Virus record (IMG/VR): IMGVR_UViG_3300025018_000030 | Span: 1-44,843 of that record | Length of the DNA stretch: 44,843 nucleotides | Strand: one strand, 5' to 3' | Source: a virus | Lineage: Duplodnaviria > Caudoviricetes | Part shown: positions 24,648-34,800 of the stretch, piece by piece | How positions within the stretch are numbered: the first letter of the stretch is position 1 | Layout: each line of letters opens with the position of its first letter | Made by a program: the position numbers and the translations under genes | The notes under the pieces: generated by a model | The model's input: the letters and a program-made list of their open reading frames with translations, nothing else | Told to the model about the DNA's origin: nothing | Database searches by the model: none

Positions 24648-25433
24648 ATGAAAACCTTAGCAGCAGTCCTAGTATTCCTGACTTCTTACCAAATCCAAGC
24701 ACAGACTTACCCTGTATATATAGCAATTGAAGATACAAATCTTGAGAGTGTTCGCGCAGTAAAATTCGCGATACACCCTTGGTTATCTTACGTGCGCTAT
24801 AGTATGGAATACCGGGAAGGTACTACTGTGCATACAGGAGGACAAATAGAAGTACGAGTAGATACTGCTGCTGAGGTAATAGCTGTTACTAATGATGCAG
24901 GTACAGGAGCTTACGCACGAAAATGGATTTATATAGATAGTGGTACTCTCGCATTTGCTGAAGTAGTTATGAATGGGAATTCTATGAATGGTTGGGATAG
25001 ATGTGCCAGTCACAGCCTAACTCACGAATTAGGTCACGTACATTTTATTGGGCATAGTAACTCTTACACAGATTTAATGTACGCATTCCAAGTAAACTGT
25101 AGAGCTGTAGTTACTTTAGATGATGTGGCACTATTACCTAAGCCTGTATACCCTTCTTGTGTTTCCCAGATTACAAAAGAGAATGATTTATTTATTCCAT
25201 TTTGGGAAGGGCAGGAAGCGTATTTAGAGTATACAGGAAATAATCTTTGGAAACTTATTTACTTAGGTACAGTAACAGCTATTTCTAGTACTAACTGTAT
25301 AAAGCTAGAAGATAATTTAAACTTTGTAGTGCATCATGCAAGCTCACCAGAGTGGGAAGTTGAAGCTCATTTTGTATATCAAGGTAATGATATTTGGTTA
25401 TTAGATAAAGCAATAGAACTCCAAGGATACTAG
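24648..25433 (+). CDS. Metzincin (matrixin/M10-like) zinc metalloprotease with a predicted signal peptide
   Basis: HELGHVHFIGH (HExxHxxxxxH) with Met-turn DLMY; N-terminus MKTLAAVLVFLTSYQIQA. Confidence 0.8.
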   Translation: MKTLAAVLVFLTSYQIQAQTYPVYIAIEDTNLESVRAVKFAIHPWLSYVRYSMEYREGTTVHTGGQIEVRVDTAAEVIAVTNDAGTGAYARKWIYIDSGTLAFAEVVMNGNSMNGWDRCASHSLTHELGHVHFIGHSNSYTDLMYAFQVNCRAVVTLDDVALLPKPVYPSCVSQITKENDLFIPFWEGQEAYLEYTGNNLWKLIYLGTVTAISSTNCIKLEDNLNFVVHHASSPEWEVEAHFVYQGNDIWLLDKAIELQGY

Positions 25434-25434
25434 T

Positions 25435-25851
25435 ATGAGTACTCCAAAGATTAAAGCATTAGAGCATACATTGAATTTAATACGCACAGGAGTTCTGGAA
25501 GCAGACCCTCGTATGTTGGAGTGCGATGTAATATATCTTGCTACTATCTGTAATGGATGCGGCGCTGCTAATGCTAAGATAGATTTAATTCCAGATACTT
25601 GTTGGGGTCTGTACATCGGTTATGCTTGTATGGTACATGATTTTGACTATCATATAGGCAAGACAGAAGCAGATCGTAGATTTGCAGATGAGAGATTTAA
25701 ACGGAATCTTCTTGCACTTATAGCACGCAGTAATCCAGCATTATGGCCTGCTCGCAGAATAAGAGTAAACACGTACTATAAGTCTGTACGTATGTGCGGA
25801 GAATCTCCATTCTGGTCTGGTAAGGAATTGAATGTGGTAACATTGAGGTAA
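25435..25851 (+). CDS. Phospholipase A2-like/DUF1353-like protein
   Basis: CNGCG...ACMVHDFDY...ADERFKRNL...YYKSVR pattern. Confidence 0.6.
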   Translation: MSTPKIKALEHTLNLIRTGVLEADPRMLECDVIYLATICNGCGAANAKIDLIPDTCWGLYIGYACMVHDFDYHIGKTEADRRFADERFKRNLLALIARSNPALWPARRIRVNTYYKSVRMCGESPFWSGKELNVVTLR

Positions 25852-25853
25852 TT

Positions 25854-27413
25854 ATGGAACAACGCAAGATTCAACTATCTCTAAATAATCCTACTCCAGT
25901 TTTATACCCTGACGTTGATCGGGGTACAATTATTTTTGGACAAGGTGGTACTGAACCAGAACAACCTAAGTTAATTTGGTTAGAGAATGCTATTGTTTCT
26001 GGTTATGGTATAAAAAGTTTAGGGTATAGTGTATTCTCTACTGAATCTTTACCTGCTGTGCCTACTTTCTCTTTTACTAAACTACTCCTAGTTTCTGATG
26101 TCTCAGGGAGAGAGGGCTTGTACTATTGCGCAGGAACTCCCAATGTTGGGCATTATGTATTCGATTCTGGGTCAGCTGTTTGGGATACTGTAAGTACTGC
26201 TTCTGATACTAACACGTCAACTTACCCAACTACTACTTTCATAAACGGAGTTAGTTACACTTTTAAACCTAACTTCGGGTTATTTACTTTTGATACTGGA
26301 TTTACCGCTATAACTGTGGCTACAGTACAAGGTATCACCATGACTTCTATGTCAGGGGTCTGTGCTGGGTTAGATTATCTGATAGCTTGGGATAGTTCTA
26401 CTGTATACTGGAGTGCTCCAGGTACTCCTTTAGATTTTAGACCTACAGTTTCCAGCGTAAGCACAGGAGCTGGTAGTTCAGTGCCTCAAGCTTTGCGTGG
26501 GTTAATTACCAAATGCGTACAAATACCTTCTGGATTTATTATTTACGGTACAGTAAACGCAGTGTCTGCTAGATACTCTGGTAATTCATTAAACCCTTGG
26601 ATATTTGAAGAAATCCCCGGTAGCTCTGGATTGTCACTAGTAAATCAATTTGTAGGGAAAGGTATTACTACTCCTTCTCATTTTGTATTTGCAGATGCAG
26701 GACTTCAGGAAGTTACGATAGATAGAGCTACTAATATACTTCCAGAGATTAGTAATTTTCTAGCTGCATGTAGATTTGTAACTAGTGACCATGACGGTAC
26801 TTTTACTAAAGGAGTTGTAGCATTTACTTTACCTAATATTGTATTAGTAGCGGAGCGGTACTTATGTGTTAGTTATAAAACATCAGATGCTGGAACTTCC
26901 TATTCTCATATACTAGTTTGGGATTTACTGTTGAAAGGTTGGGGTCTTATAGCAATGGATCATTACGACATATTCGACTTTCAATCATTTGCTAGTATAA
27001 ATGTAAGTAGTGTATTATTTGCGTCTCCAGGGGACTTAGGAATCTGGACTACTTCTGGCCATTTGAGAGTTGTGTACCTAAGTTTCAACGACAAAACTGG
27101 ATTAAGTATTCCTATTACTGCTATGACTGGGGAGTTAATCTGGAGCGATTTTGCTTTAACATCCAGTTCTACTTGTACAGTTACAGAAGTAGAGTTTGCG
27201 ATAGATGCCGCAGATGGAATAAGTTCCACACTGCATGACTTGCCTTTTATAGATAATACAATCTACGGTACAGAAATAGCGTTTACTGAGTATCCTGCTA
27301 ACTCCGGACAGTATGTACAAGAAGTCACTGGAGATTCTCACAGACTCCGACTATCTGGACAGTTTGATATTTCTGCAGCCTTTGTAACTTTGGTACAGCG
27401 AGGCCCAAGATGA
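25854..27413 (+). CDS. Tail nozzle / tail tubular protein B-like (beta-propeller)
   Basis: 519 aa, beta-rich, VYWSAPGTPLDF motif typical of podovirus nozzle proteins; synteny. Confidence 0.7.
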   Translation: MEQRKIQLSLNNPTPVLYPDVDRGTIIFGQGGTEPEQPKLIWLENAIVSGYGIKSLGYSVFSTESLPAVPTFSFTKLLLVSDVSGREGLYYCAGTPNVGHYVFDSGSAVWDTVSTASDTNTSTYPTTTFINGVSYTFKPNFGLFTFDTGFTAITVATVQGITMTSMSGVCAGLDYLIAWDSSTVYWSAPGTPLDFRPTVSSVSTGAGSSVPQALRGLITKCVQIPSGFIIYGTVNAVSARYSGNSLNPWIFEEIPGSSGLSLVNQFVGKGITTPSHFVFADAGLQEVTIDRATNILPEISNFLAACRFVTSDHDGTFTKGVVAFTLPNIVLVAERYLCVSYKTSDAGTSYSHILVWDLLLKGWGLIAMDHYDIFDFQSFASINVSSVLFASPGDLGIWTTSGHLRVVYLSFNDKTGLSIPITAMTGELIWSDFALTSSSTCTVTEVEFAIDAADGISSTLHDLPFIDNTIYGTEIAFTEYPANSGQYVQEVTGDSHRLRLSGQFDISAAFVTLVQRGPR

Positions 27414-28225
27414 CATTGGAAACGACAGTACCTACTAATTTAAATAACTTAGAGATTGGTAGTATTCCGAAAACTCCAATAGATTTGCAGACTCTACAGT
27501 TACGTATGGCACAGCAGAGTCCAGTATTGGCTTCTATGCTTGCGTTACTTAAGAAGATACAAGCTGATCCTAGTTATATATTTAGCGGAAGTACTTCTGA
27601 CTTTAGAATCGAATGGTTATCTGGCGCTATATTTATAGGGCATAAGGATGCACAGCCCGCTGGACTAGGTTCTGGATATAGTGGCGATTTACGATTTGGT
27701 ATCTCTATGGATTTAGTTAATGGACTATCTATTGGGTACAATAGTAAAGTTACCGGAGTCTGGGAATCCTCTTTAATTATGGATATGTCAGGGAATAAAT
27801 ATCTCTTGGGGGAACACAGTTCTGGAAGTATTAACGGTAGTAATGTTACAGTCAGTGGTACTACTGTAGCAGACATTCGCACAGGCGCCGTAAGAGCATT
27901 AGCTGCAATTAATTCCAGTAATGTAGTGACTGCAGATGTATCTTCTAGTTCCGTGTACGCTACTACTTTTTCGGGAACTAACTTATCATTAGCAGGTAGC
28001 ATTACCGGAGTACTAGGTAGCATAGCAGCAGTTGGGTCTATATCCTCAGTAACTACAGTGTCTGCCGCATCAGTAGTTGGATCTGTTGTAACAGCTTCTG
28101 CTGGTTTAGCTATTACTTCTGGATACATAACAAAACCTTGGGAAGCTACTGGTAGGCTTACTGTAAATGAGCAGACTAGTCCATATGCTGCTTTAGGTAC
28201 TTACACTTACTCATTCCACGTTTAA
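27410..28225 (+). CDS. Tail needle/fibre-like protein
   Basis: 271 aa, Ser/Gly/Val-rich repetitive C-half; ATGA coupled to the nozzle gene. Confidence 0.5.
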   Translation: MTLETTVPTNLNNLEIGSIPKTPIDLQTLQLRMAQQSPVLASMLALLKKIQADPSYIFSGSTSDFRIEWLSGAIFIGHKDAQPAGLGSGYSGDLRFGISMDLVNGLSIGYNSKVTGVWESSLIMDMSGNKYLLGEHSSGSINGSNVTVSGTTVADIRTGAVRALAAINSSNVVTADVSSSSVYATTFSGTNLSLAGSITGVLGSIAAVGSISSVTTVSAASVVGSVVTASAGLAITSGYITKPWEATGRLTVNEQTSPYAALGTYTYSFHV

Positions 28226-28243
28226 CTATAAAGAGGTATATGT

Positions 28244-28678
28244 ATGACTTCCCCACTTGACAGTAAAATAACCACAAGCTTTAATAAAGATCTTGTAGTC
28301 TCAAGACAGATTACTAAACCAGCTGTACAAGAACGTACAGTTACGCAGTATGTTTTACGATTATCTCATACTCCCGGACAGAGTGTAGAAGTATTAGTAG
28401 GTACAGGATATATAAATCCTACTACTGGATTACTTGTAGTTGATGAAGGCTCTGCGCAAAATCACTACTTTACTGGAGCAGCTTACACCGCATTACTATC
28501 CGCTAATCCGAGTTGGAGTCCAAAGAAACCTCAAGGTACTTACAGAGACTCTGATATATTTAATTTTATAGACTTCGTTAAATTGGAGTTAGCTCGGGAA
28601 GCACAAGAAGCGGCAGATAATGCAGCCGTAGAAGCAGCAAGACGCCAAGCAGAGGTAGAAGCTAATGCCAGCATTTAG
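28244..28678 (+). CDS. Hypothetical tail-associated protein
   Basis: 144-aa ORF, AGAGG RBS. Confidence 0.7.
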   Translation: MTSPLDSKITTSFNKDLVVSRQITKPAVQERTVTQYVLRLSHTPGQSVEVLVGTGYINPTTGLLVVDEGSAQNHYFTGAAYTALLSANPSWSPKKPQGTYRDSDIFNFIDFVKLELAREAQEAADNAAVEAARRQAEVEANASI

Positions 28679-29135
28679 TGAGAATTCTAAATCCAAATTA
28701 GCTACAGCAGATGCACGATTGCAACTAGTAATGAATAAAGCTATTGAATTTTACGATTTCTCTGTAGTGTGTGGGACTCGTAGTAAAGAAGCTCAAGATG
28801 TAGCTTTTTCCTCTGGTGTATCTAAAGTAAGATATCCGCACTCCAAACATAATACATTGCCTTCTCTCGCTGTAGATATTTATCCGTATCATCCCCGATA
28901 TAAATCTCTCACAGAAGATGCTATAGTAATCAAAAGAATTACAGAAGCTACTGGACGTACTCCTACCAGAGCTAGAGCTTTCATACTTGAAGAATATTGT
29001 ATGATGGCACAAGCAGTTAAGATAGCAGCTAAGTTAGTGGGAGTAGAACTACGTTGGGGCGGAGATTGGGATTCAGACTTAGATAGACTTGATCAGACTT
29101 TCGATGATCTCGCACACTTTGAACTTGTTGAATAG
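28665..29135 (+). CDS. Endolysin, M15-family L-Ala-D-Glu peptidase-like
   Basis: R..EAQ, SKH..LPSLAVD, LRWGGDW, DLAHFEL zinc-peptidase motifs. Confidence 0.9.
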   Translation: MPAFSENSKSKLATADARLQLVMNKAIEFYDFSVVCGTRSKEAQDVAFSSGVSKVRYPHSKHNTLPSLAVDIYPYHPRYKSLTEDAIVIKRITEATGRTPTRARAFILEEYCMMAQAVKIAAKLVGVELRWGGDWDSDLDRLDQTFDDLAHFELVE

Positions 29136-29163
29136 ACTGCGGAGTATAACTGTGGAGATAGAG

Positions 29164-29502
29164 ATGGAACCTACAATAAAGCCTAGTTTAGAAGATCGTA
29201 TCTCTGACTTAGAGACTGCACGACAAGTTACTAACGGGCAGTTTAAAGCAATTATCGTAATGGGTACTTTGTTTTGGGGTGCAGCTAGTACGGCTATGTA
29301 TGGAAAACTCAACTCCATTGAGGAAGCTCTAAGCAGAATTCCAGTATTGGAGCAAGGAGTTAATTTGCTGCAGTACCAACAAAAACAACAAGACTTGCTT
29401 AATAACTCTGTAGTAGCTGCACAAGAGCGTATCCGCGCAGATATTGATGCTCGGTACTCCAGACTAACAGACCGCTTAAACACTATGCAACGAGGTAATT
29501 AA
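29164..29502 (+). CDS. Single-TM coiled-coil protein, possible holin-type lysis protein
   Basis: One hydrophobic helix, directly after the endolysin. ATG 29164 with GGAG RBS preferred over the TTG start at 29089. Confidence 0.55.
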   Translation: MEPTIKPSLEDRISDLETARQVTNGQFKAIIVMGTLFWGAASTAMYGKLNSIEEALSRIPVLEQGVNLLQYQQKQQDLLNNSVVAAQERIRADIDARYSRLTDRLNTMQRGN

Positions 29503-29504
29503 AA

Positions 29505-30146
29505 ATGGGCCTATTCGATACGCTATTTGGAAGTAAGAGTACAAGTACAGAATCAGGTACTAGCACCGCTACCAGTGAACTTGATCAGCTTGCTACTCTT
29601 TTAGAGTCTGCATTAAACCAAAGTTCTTCTACTACTACGCGAGGCGGCGGTAGAGAAGATGCCGCACTTTCAGAAATTGGTAAATTATTGCAAACTTATA
29701 TGGTAGACCCTATTGCAGCAGCAAAGACTTCCGCCCGAGGCTCAGTAGATTCAGCAATTAGTAATGTATTGAATCGCGGATTGCCCGGAATTAATACTGC
29801 TAGAACCGTATCTGGCGGATATAATGATACTACCACTGCTTTGCTACAGGATAATCTAGTCGCAGAAGCCGGTAAAGCCGGTGCGGAAGTAGAGCAGAAA
29901 GCTATTAATGACTTTGCGTCACTCCAACAAAGCGCAGTGCAGAATCTAATTGCAGCAATCCAAACTGGATTGGAGCAGCGAGTAGTTACAGACGTAGAAG
30001 AAGAGCAGACTCGTACTGGTACGGAAACTACTACCGCTAGCACCAAAGAAGATGTGGCTACTACAGGTACTGGCACTTCTCGAAACAGAGACTCTCTGGT
30101 AGGCGGAATTTCTAAAGCTTACGAAGCGTTCACAGGAGGCAAGTAA
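29505..30146 (+). CDS. Small DNA ejection/internal virion protein
   Basis: MGLFDTLFGSKSTST N-terminus, Ser/Thr/Ala-rich, first of three genes of increasing size. Confidence 0.65.
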   Translation: MGLFDTLFGSKSTSTESGTSTATSELDQLATLLESALNQSSSTTTRGGGREDAALSEIGKLLQTYMVDPIAAAKTSARGSVDSAISNVLNRGLPGINTARTVSGGYNDTTTALLQDNLVAEAGKAGAEVEQKAINDFASLQQSAVQNLIAAIQTGLEQRVVTDVEEEQTRTGTETTTASTKEDVATTGTGTSRNRDSLVGGISKAYEAFTGGK

Positions 30147-30151
30147 CTACC

Positions 30152-31825
30152 ATGGCAGAAGAATTTAATGGCTTAGAAGAACTACAAGCCGCATTAGCAG
30201 ATGCTGCCAGAGTACGTAAGATGTCAGAGGAGAGAAGTGATATTCTCTTTAGTACTCTTGATACTTTAAATACTGCAGAACTTACTAGTGCGGCAGCTGC
30301 CCAAGAGGTAGCTACTTCTATTGGTACAAATATAGAGGAGCAGGGTGCTTTAGCTGAAAAGGTAGCAGCAGCAGACGCAAATATATCTTATGCGGAGTTT
30401 GACAATGTACTAGATGCTCAAGATTTGATTTATCAAACTTCCGAAGCTACCGCTACCAGACTTGCTACCTTACGGGACGCAGGGGATCAGGAGTTGGAGG
30501 GACTACTTGCGAATCTAAATATAGTACAAGAGACAGAAGCTCTTGGTATGTTAGATTTTGTTAAGAATCCTATTGAGACTATTAAAGCTACTTATACGGG
30601 TAAGCAAGCCAAAGATCAAATTCCCACACAGGTAGCAAAAATTGATGCTATCAACGCAGCTCAACGTATGCACAGTGCTACTTGGCAAGCAGAAGTAGAT
30701 ACTCTGAAGCAGAGAGCAGAAGCTAAGCAAGCAGTTAATCGTGGGTTGTACTTTACTCGTATGGAACTACAGAACCAAGTCAGTGTTTTGAATGCTGAGA
30801 AAGGTATGAATGATGCTATGTTGCAGAACTGGCAGACTCAACTAGGGTTCACTAATACCAGTATGCAGAACATTAGAGGACAGCTTGCTGCAGAACTCCA
30901 ACGTGGAGATCTATCTCAGCGCGCTGTTAATTCTATTATTCAGACAGAGCAATTGCGGGTATCCCAAGAGCAAATAGGCTATGCGCTAAGGCTTGCTAAA
31001 AATAATGAAGCTGCTAGAGAGTCTATGAATGCCAGACTGCTAGAAGCTAATGGTATATTCGGTACTAATTACGCAAATATCGAAGAATTTGATATGGCCC
31101 TACGAAATAAGACTGTGGCTCCTGAAAGAGCCTATGCGATGCAGCAGTACATGACATACGGTGCATTAGGAGCAGCTCAGACTTTTAACTCTACTGACCC
31201 GTATAAGGCATTCCAAACTGCTGTAGCTATTGAAGGACAGACTTGGATATCTCCAGAACTACAAGCAATCGTAGCTAACAATGTGCGTCCTATACTTATG
31301 AATTCTAGACTTACAGATGAGGCCAAGGATACACAAATCCGAGTTACTATGGCTAGTATATATCAAGATTCTAGGAGTGACATTGATAATTTGCTTAGTA
31401 AAGCTACGAATGTAATTGATATTGTAAATCCAAGTAAGGTAGATTATGAATCTTGGGACACTACAATTCCTTTACCTGCTGCTGCTGTAGATATTATGAA
31501 AACGCTAAATATCAATAGTACTACATTTGGAGATTTCGCTACAGATGCAATACGAAAAGTAGGCGCAGACTCTACAGTAGATTTAGAAACTGCTGCTAAA
31601 GGCTTAGCTGCTATGTCTCAGTATCAACTCAAAGCCACTAATACTGTAACTGGATTTGGATTGCAGCGTGTTAATACTCCCGCTTTAGGGGCAGGAACTG
31701 AGTTAGCTGGTGATGCTACAAATCCTGCACACTGGTTGAGAAAATTACAATTGGAGCGGGCAAGGCTTACAAGGCTAAATGAGGCATTCTCAACTTCTCG
31801 TACTGGTCAATATTTACTACCGTAA
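30152..31825 (+). CDS. Internal virion/ejection protein, alpha-helical
   Basis: 557 aa, Ala/Gln/Glu-rich coiled coil; synteny. Confidence 0.65.
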   Translation: MAEEFNGLEELQAALADAARVRKMSEERSDILFSTLDTLNTAELTSAAAAQEVATSIGTNIEEQGALAEKVAAADANISYAEFDNVLDAQDLIYQTSEATATRLATLRDAGDQELEGLLANLNIVQETEALGMLDFVKNPIETIKATYTGKQAKDQIPTQVAKIDAINAAQRMHSATWQAEVDTLKQRAEAKQAVNRGLYFTRMELQNQVSVLNAEKGMNDAMLQNWQTQLGFTNTSMQNIRGQLAAELQRGDLSQRAVNSIIQTEQLRVSQEQIGYALRLAKNNEAARESMNARLLEANGIFGTNYANIEEFDMALRNKTVAPERAYAMQQYMTYGALGAAQTFNSTDPYKAFQTAVAIEGQTWISPELQAIVANNVRPILMNSRLTDEAKDTQIRVTMASIYQDSRSDIDNLLSKATNVIDIVNPSKVDYESWDTTIPLPAAAVDIMKTLNINSTTFGDFATDAIRKVGADSTVDLETAAKGLAAMSQYQLKATNTVTGFGLQRVNTPALGAGTELAGDATNPAHWLRKLQLERARLTRLNEAFSTSRTGQYLLP

Positions 31826-31842
31826 AATAAGAGATTCCCACT

Positions 31843-34800
31843 ATGGCAAACACATTAGTAAATCCAAATTTTGAATACAGTTCTTCCTATTTCCAAGATC
31901 AAGATAAATCTTTCTCCGAAGGAGTAGGAGATTTTCTTACGCATGGAATAAGTGCAGCTGCCCTGAGTGCAGGTCTTGGTATATACAATACAGGTGTAGC
32001 ACTTGTAAATGTTCTAGGCGGAGAAGCTGAAAGTGCAGATGTCGGTGATACGCTTCGAGGTATGGGAGCTACTGATACTGCAAATTACTATAAAGAAAAT
32101 CAGACTGGTATTGATGCAGTAGGATTTATTGCCGGTTCCTTTATTCCCGGACTTGGGGGCATACGTGCCTTACGTGCAGGACAGAAAGCTATTGCTGCTT
32201 CCACTTCTACTGCTCGCTTAAGTACAGGATTCCGAAGGGCGCTCGTACCTGATACTAGGCTTACAGCAGTACGGGAGGAGATTGCAACTAAAGGTATGGA
32301 TGCCTACGCAGCAGTACAGCAAAACAAACTACGGACTATTGCTGCAGGATTTCACCAACAAGCACTAGAAGCAGCAGCTTTTGAAGGTGCCGTATTACTT
32401 ACAATGAATCAGAGTTCTAGTCTAAACGGCGAGGACTTAGATTACTTTGATGCAATACAAGCAAATCTAGGACTTGCTGCTACTGGACTTTTCTTCGGTA
32501 CAGCACTCGGCGGTATCTTTGAAGCTGTAGGTAACGTAGGTAAATTAAAGGGAGAATTTTCTAACTACGCTAAGTCGCAAGGTATTGGCACAATTAAAGT
32601 AATGCAGGAAGGAACTAATAATAAAATTTCTGCGGGCCACCGTGCCACGTCAGTAGCCCAATCTTACGTACAAGCCAAGAATATTAGGACTTCTCCTGAA
32701 TTTGGTGCCTTACCAAAAGGAGAGCAAGCTGATTGGAATACAAAAGCCAATAATTCTGAACTACAGCTCAAACTGGCACTGAAAGATGTAGCTGGTGGAG
32801 ATACTCGTATTGCAGATAACCTACTCAAACTCATAGATGAAGGTAAAGCTGACCCTATAGAACTTCTAAGTGGAGTTGAGCAGTATAAACCTATGTACCT
32901 TACTGATATTCTATTTGATGTTCCTACTCCCCAAGTAGAAGCTATGTTCGATTACGAAGCTGCTGCTTGGAGAATGCACCTTGCGGAATCTGCAGGTAGG
33001 CCTATAACCCAAGCAGCAGCTGATGCTGAAGTGCAGACAGTATATGGAGCGGCTACTAGTACTAGACACTTTAACATGGATGAAGCTGGTGGAGTTAGAG
33101 CTTTTGCACGTATTCGGGAACTACTAGATGCAAATGATCCAGTAGCTTGGAATAACATGATGACACTTCGTCATGAAGCAGGGCACCTCGTACTTAATCA
33201 CAGTGCTGCACAACTGTCAGCCAAGTCTCCTATTATGAAGAAAGTACTCACATCTGCTCAGACTCTATCTCGCAAGTCTAGACCAGAAGACTGGGCACGA
33301 ATAGATGAATATAATAAGATACTAGAATCTAGAGGAGGTCTCAGTAAAAATCAGCAACGACATTGGGATTACATGAATGATCCTAAAGAGTTACTTGCAG
33401 ATGCCTACTCTCAGATTTCTAATCCTAATTTATTCGACGCTGCTTCTGCTAGTAAAGAGCATCCAGAGCTATTCAGATTTATGGTAGGGAATAAAGCACT
33501 AGCAGGACTATTCCGAAAAGGTAAACAAGCTATTGATCTCCAGACTGGGAAACTTTTCCCTAACGGTGTAACTCCTACTGCTGCTGATATTAGTCCAGAA
33601 ATTAAACTAGTTAAAGATAATATTCACTATGGGAGAGGTGAGGTAACTAAGCTCGGTGAGAAGTTCGACGCCACCAAGATAGATTACTTAAAAGCGAGTG
33701 CGAAGTATGCCGTCGCGGGCTTACGTAAGGATATTAAAGCAGACACTGTAGTAGATTTCTACAACCTGCCAGACCTAACTACCGCAAAAGCTCTCGGGCT
33801 TAACGTGAATGTTGTCCGGGATGGGGTACAAGTACGCTCTCAGTATCAGAGTCTGGATGACTTGATTATCCACTCTAAATTAGAGCAAGCAGAGACTCTA
33901 AGACGTAGTTCTTATGCAGCTTTAGAAGCTAAAAATAAAGCTGCAGGTATTACAGCTAAAGGTAAGCATGTAATAGATGAGTCTACAAAAGGATTCTCTT
34001 TTGTAAGTATTGAAGAATCTGCAGGAGAAGTAATAGAGGGTGCTCGCATACTTACTACTGGACAGATTGCAAGAATCTTAGATGTAGGAGAGGAATTTGT
34101 ACTTAAGAGTTCCGCAGTTAAGAGACTATATGACCCTAAGAAGGGTATGAGTGGCTTACCTGCAGGAGCTTTAGACGATCAAAAAGACTTACCTTTCTTT
34201 TCACTTCAAGAGGGAGTAGACCCAAGAGTCCCTCGTCACGCTATAGTCCGTGCAGATCGTGATGCTGTGGTAGATGGTACAAGAGTCTGGGGAATTGAAG
34301 CTACGCGTCAACGTATTAATGTAATGAGAGAATCAGTTAATACTGCAGTGGCAGGATACTTCAAAGAAGATTTTGAAACTTTACCTGCCGAAGCTTTTAA
34401 ATCTCAAGTCAACGCAGCAGATAATATATCTCCTACTGATCGTACTTCTGGAATTGTTACTTCTGCGAATCAGGAAGTAGGTACTGGTGGAGCATTCTTC
34501 CAGTACATAGGGAATATTGTATCTAAAGTAATGAATCGTAAAGCTGCTGAAGTTAGTTCTGCTTTTGACCCACTGATAATTAAATTAGCAGCAGATGAAG
34601 GCGCAGTAATGGAAGCCTCTGTACTAGATTCTGTGCTTAGACAAGCTCCATCCGGTATGGAGTACCAGTTCGTACCTCAGACTATGAAAGAGTGGCTAGA
34701 CAATATAGCTACTTATGGGGATATTAACGAAGATGTACTAGAAGCTCTTGAGAAATCTGGAGTAATTAATAGTTTATTTGGCCCTGTAGATGGCAGTGCT

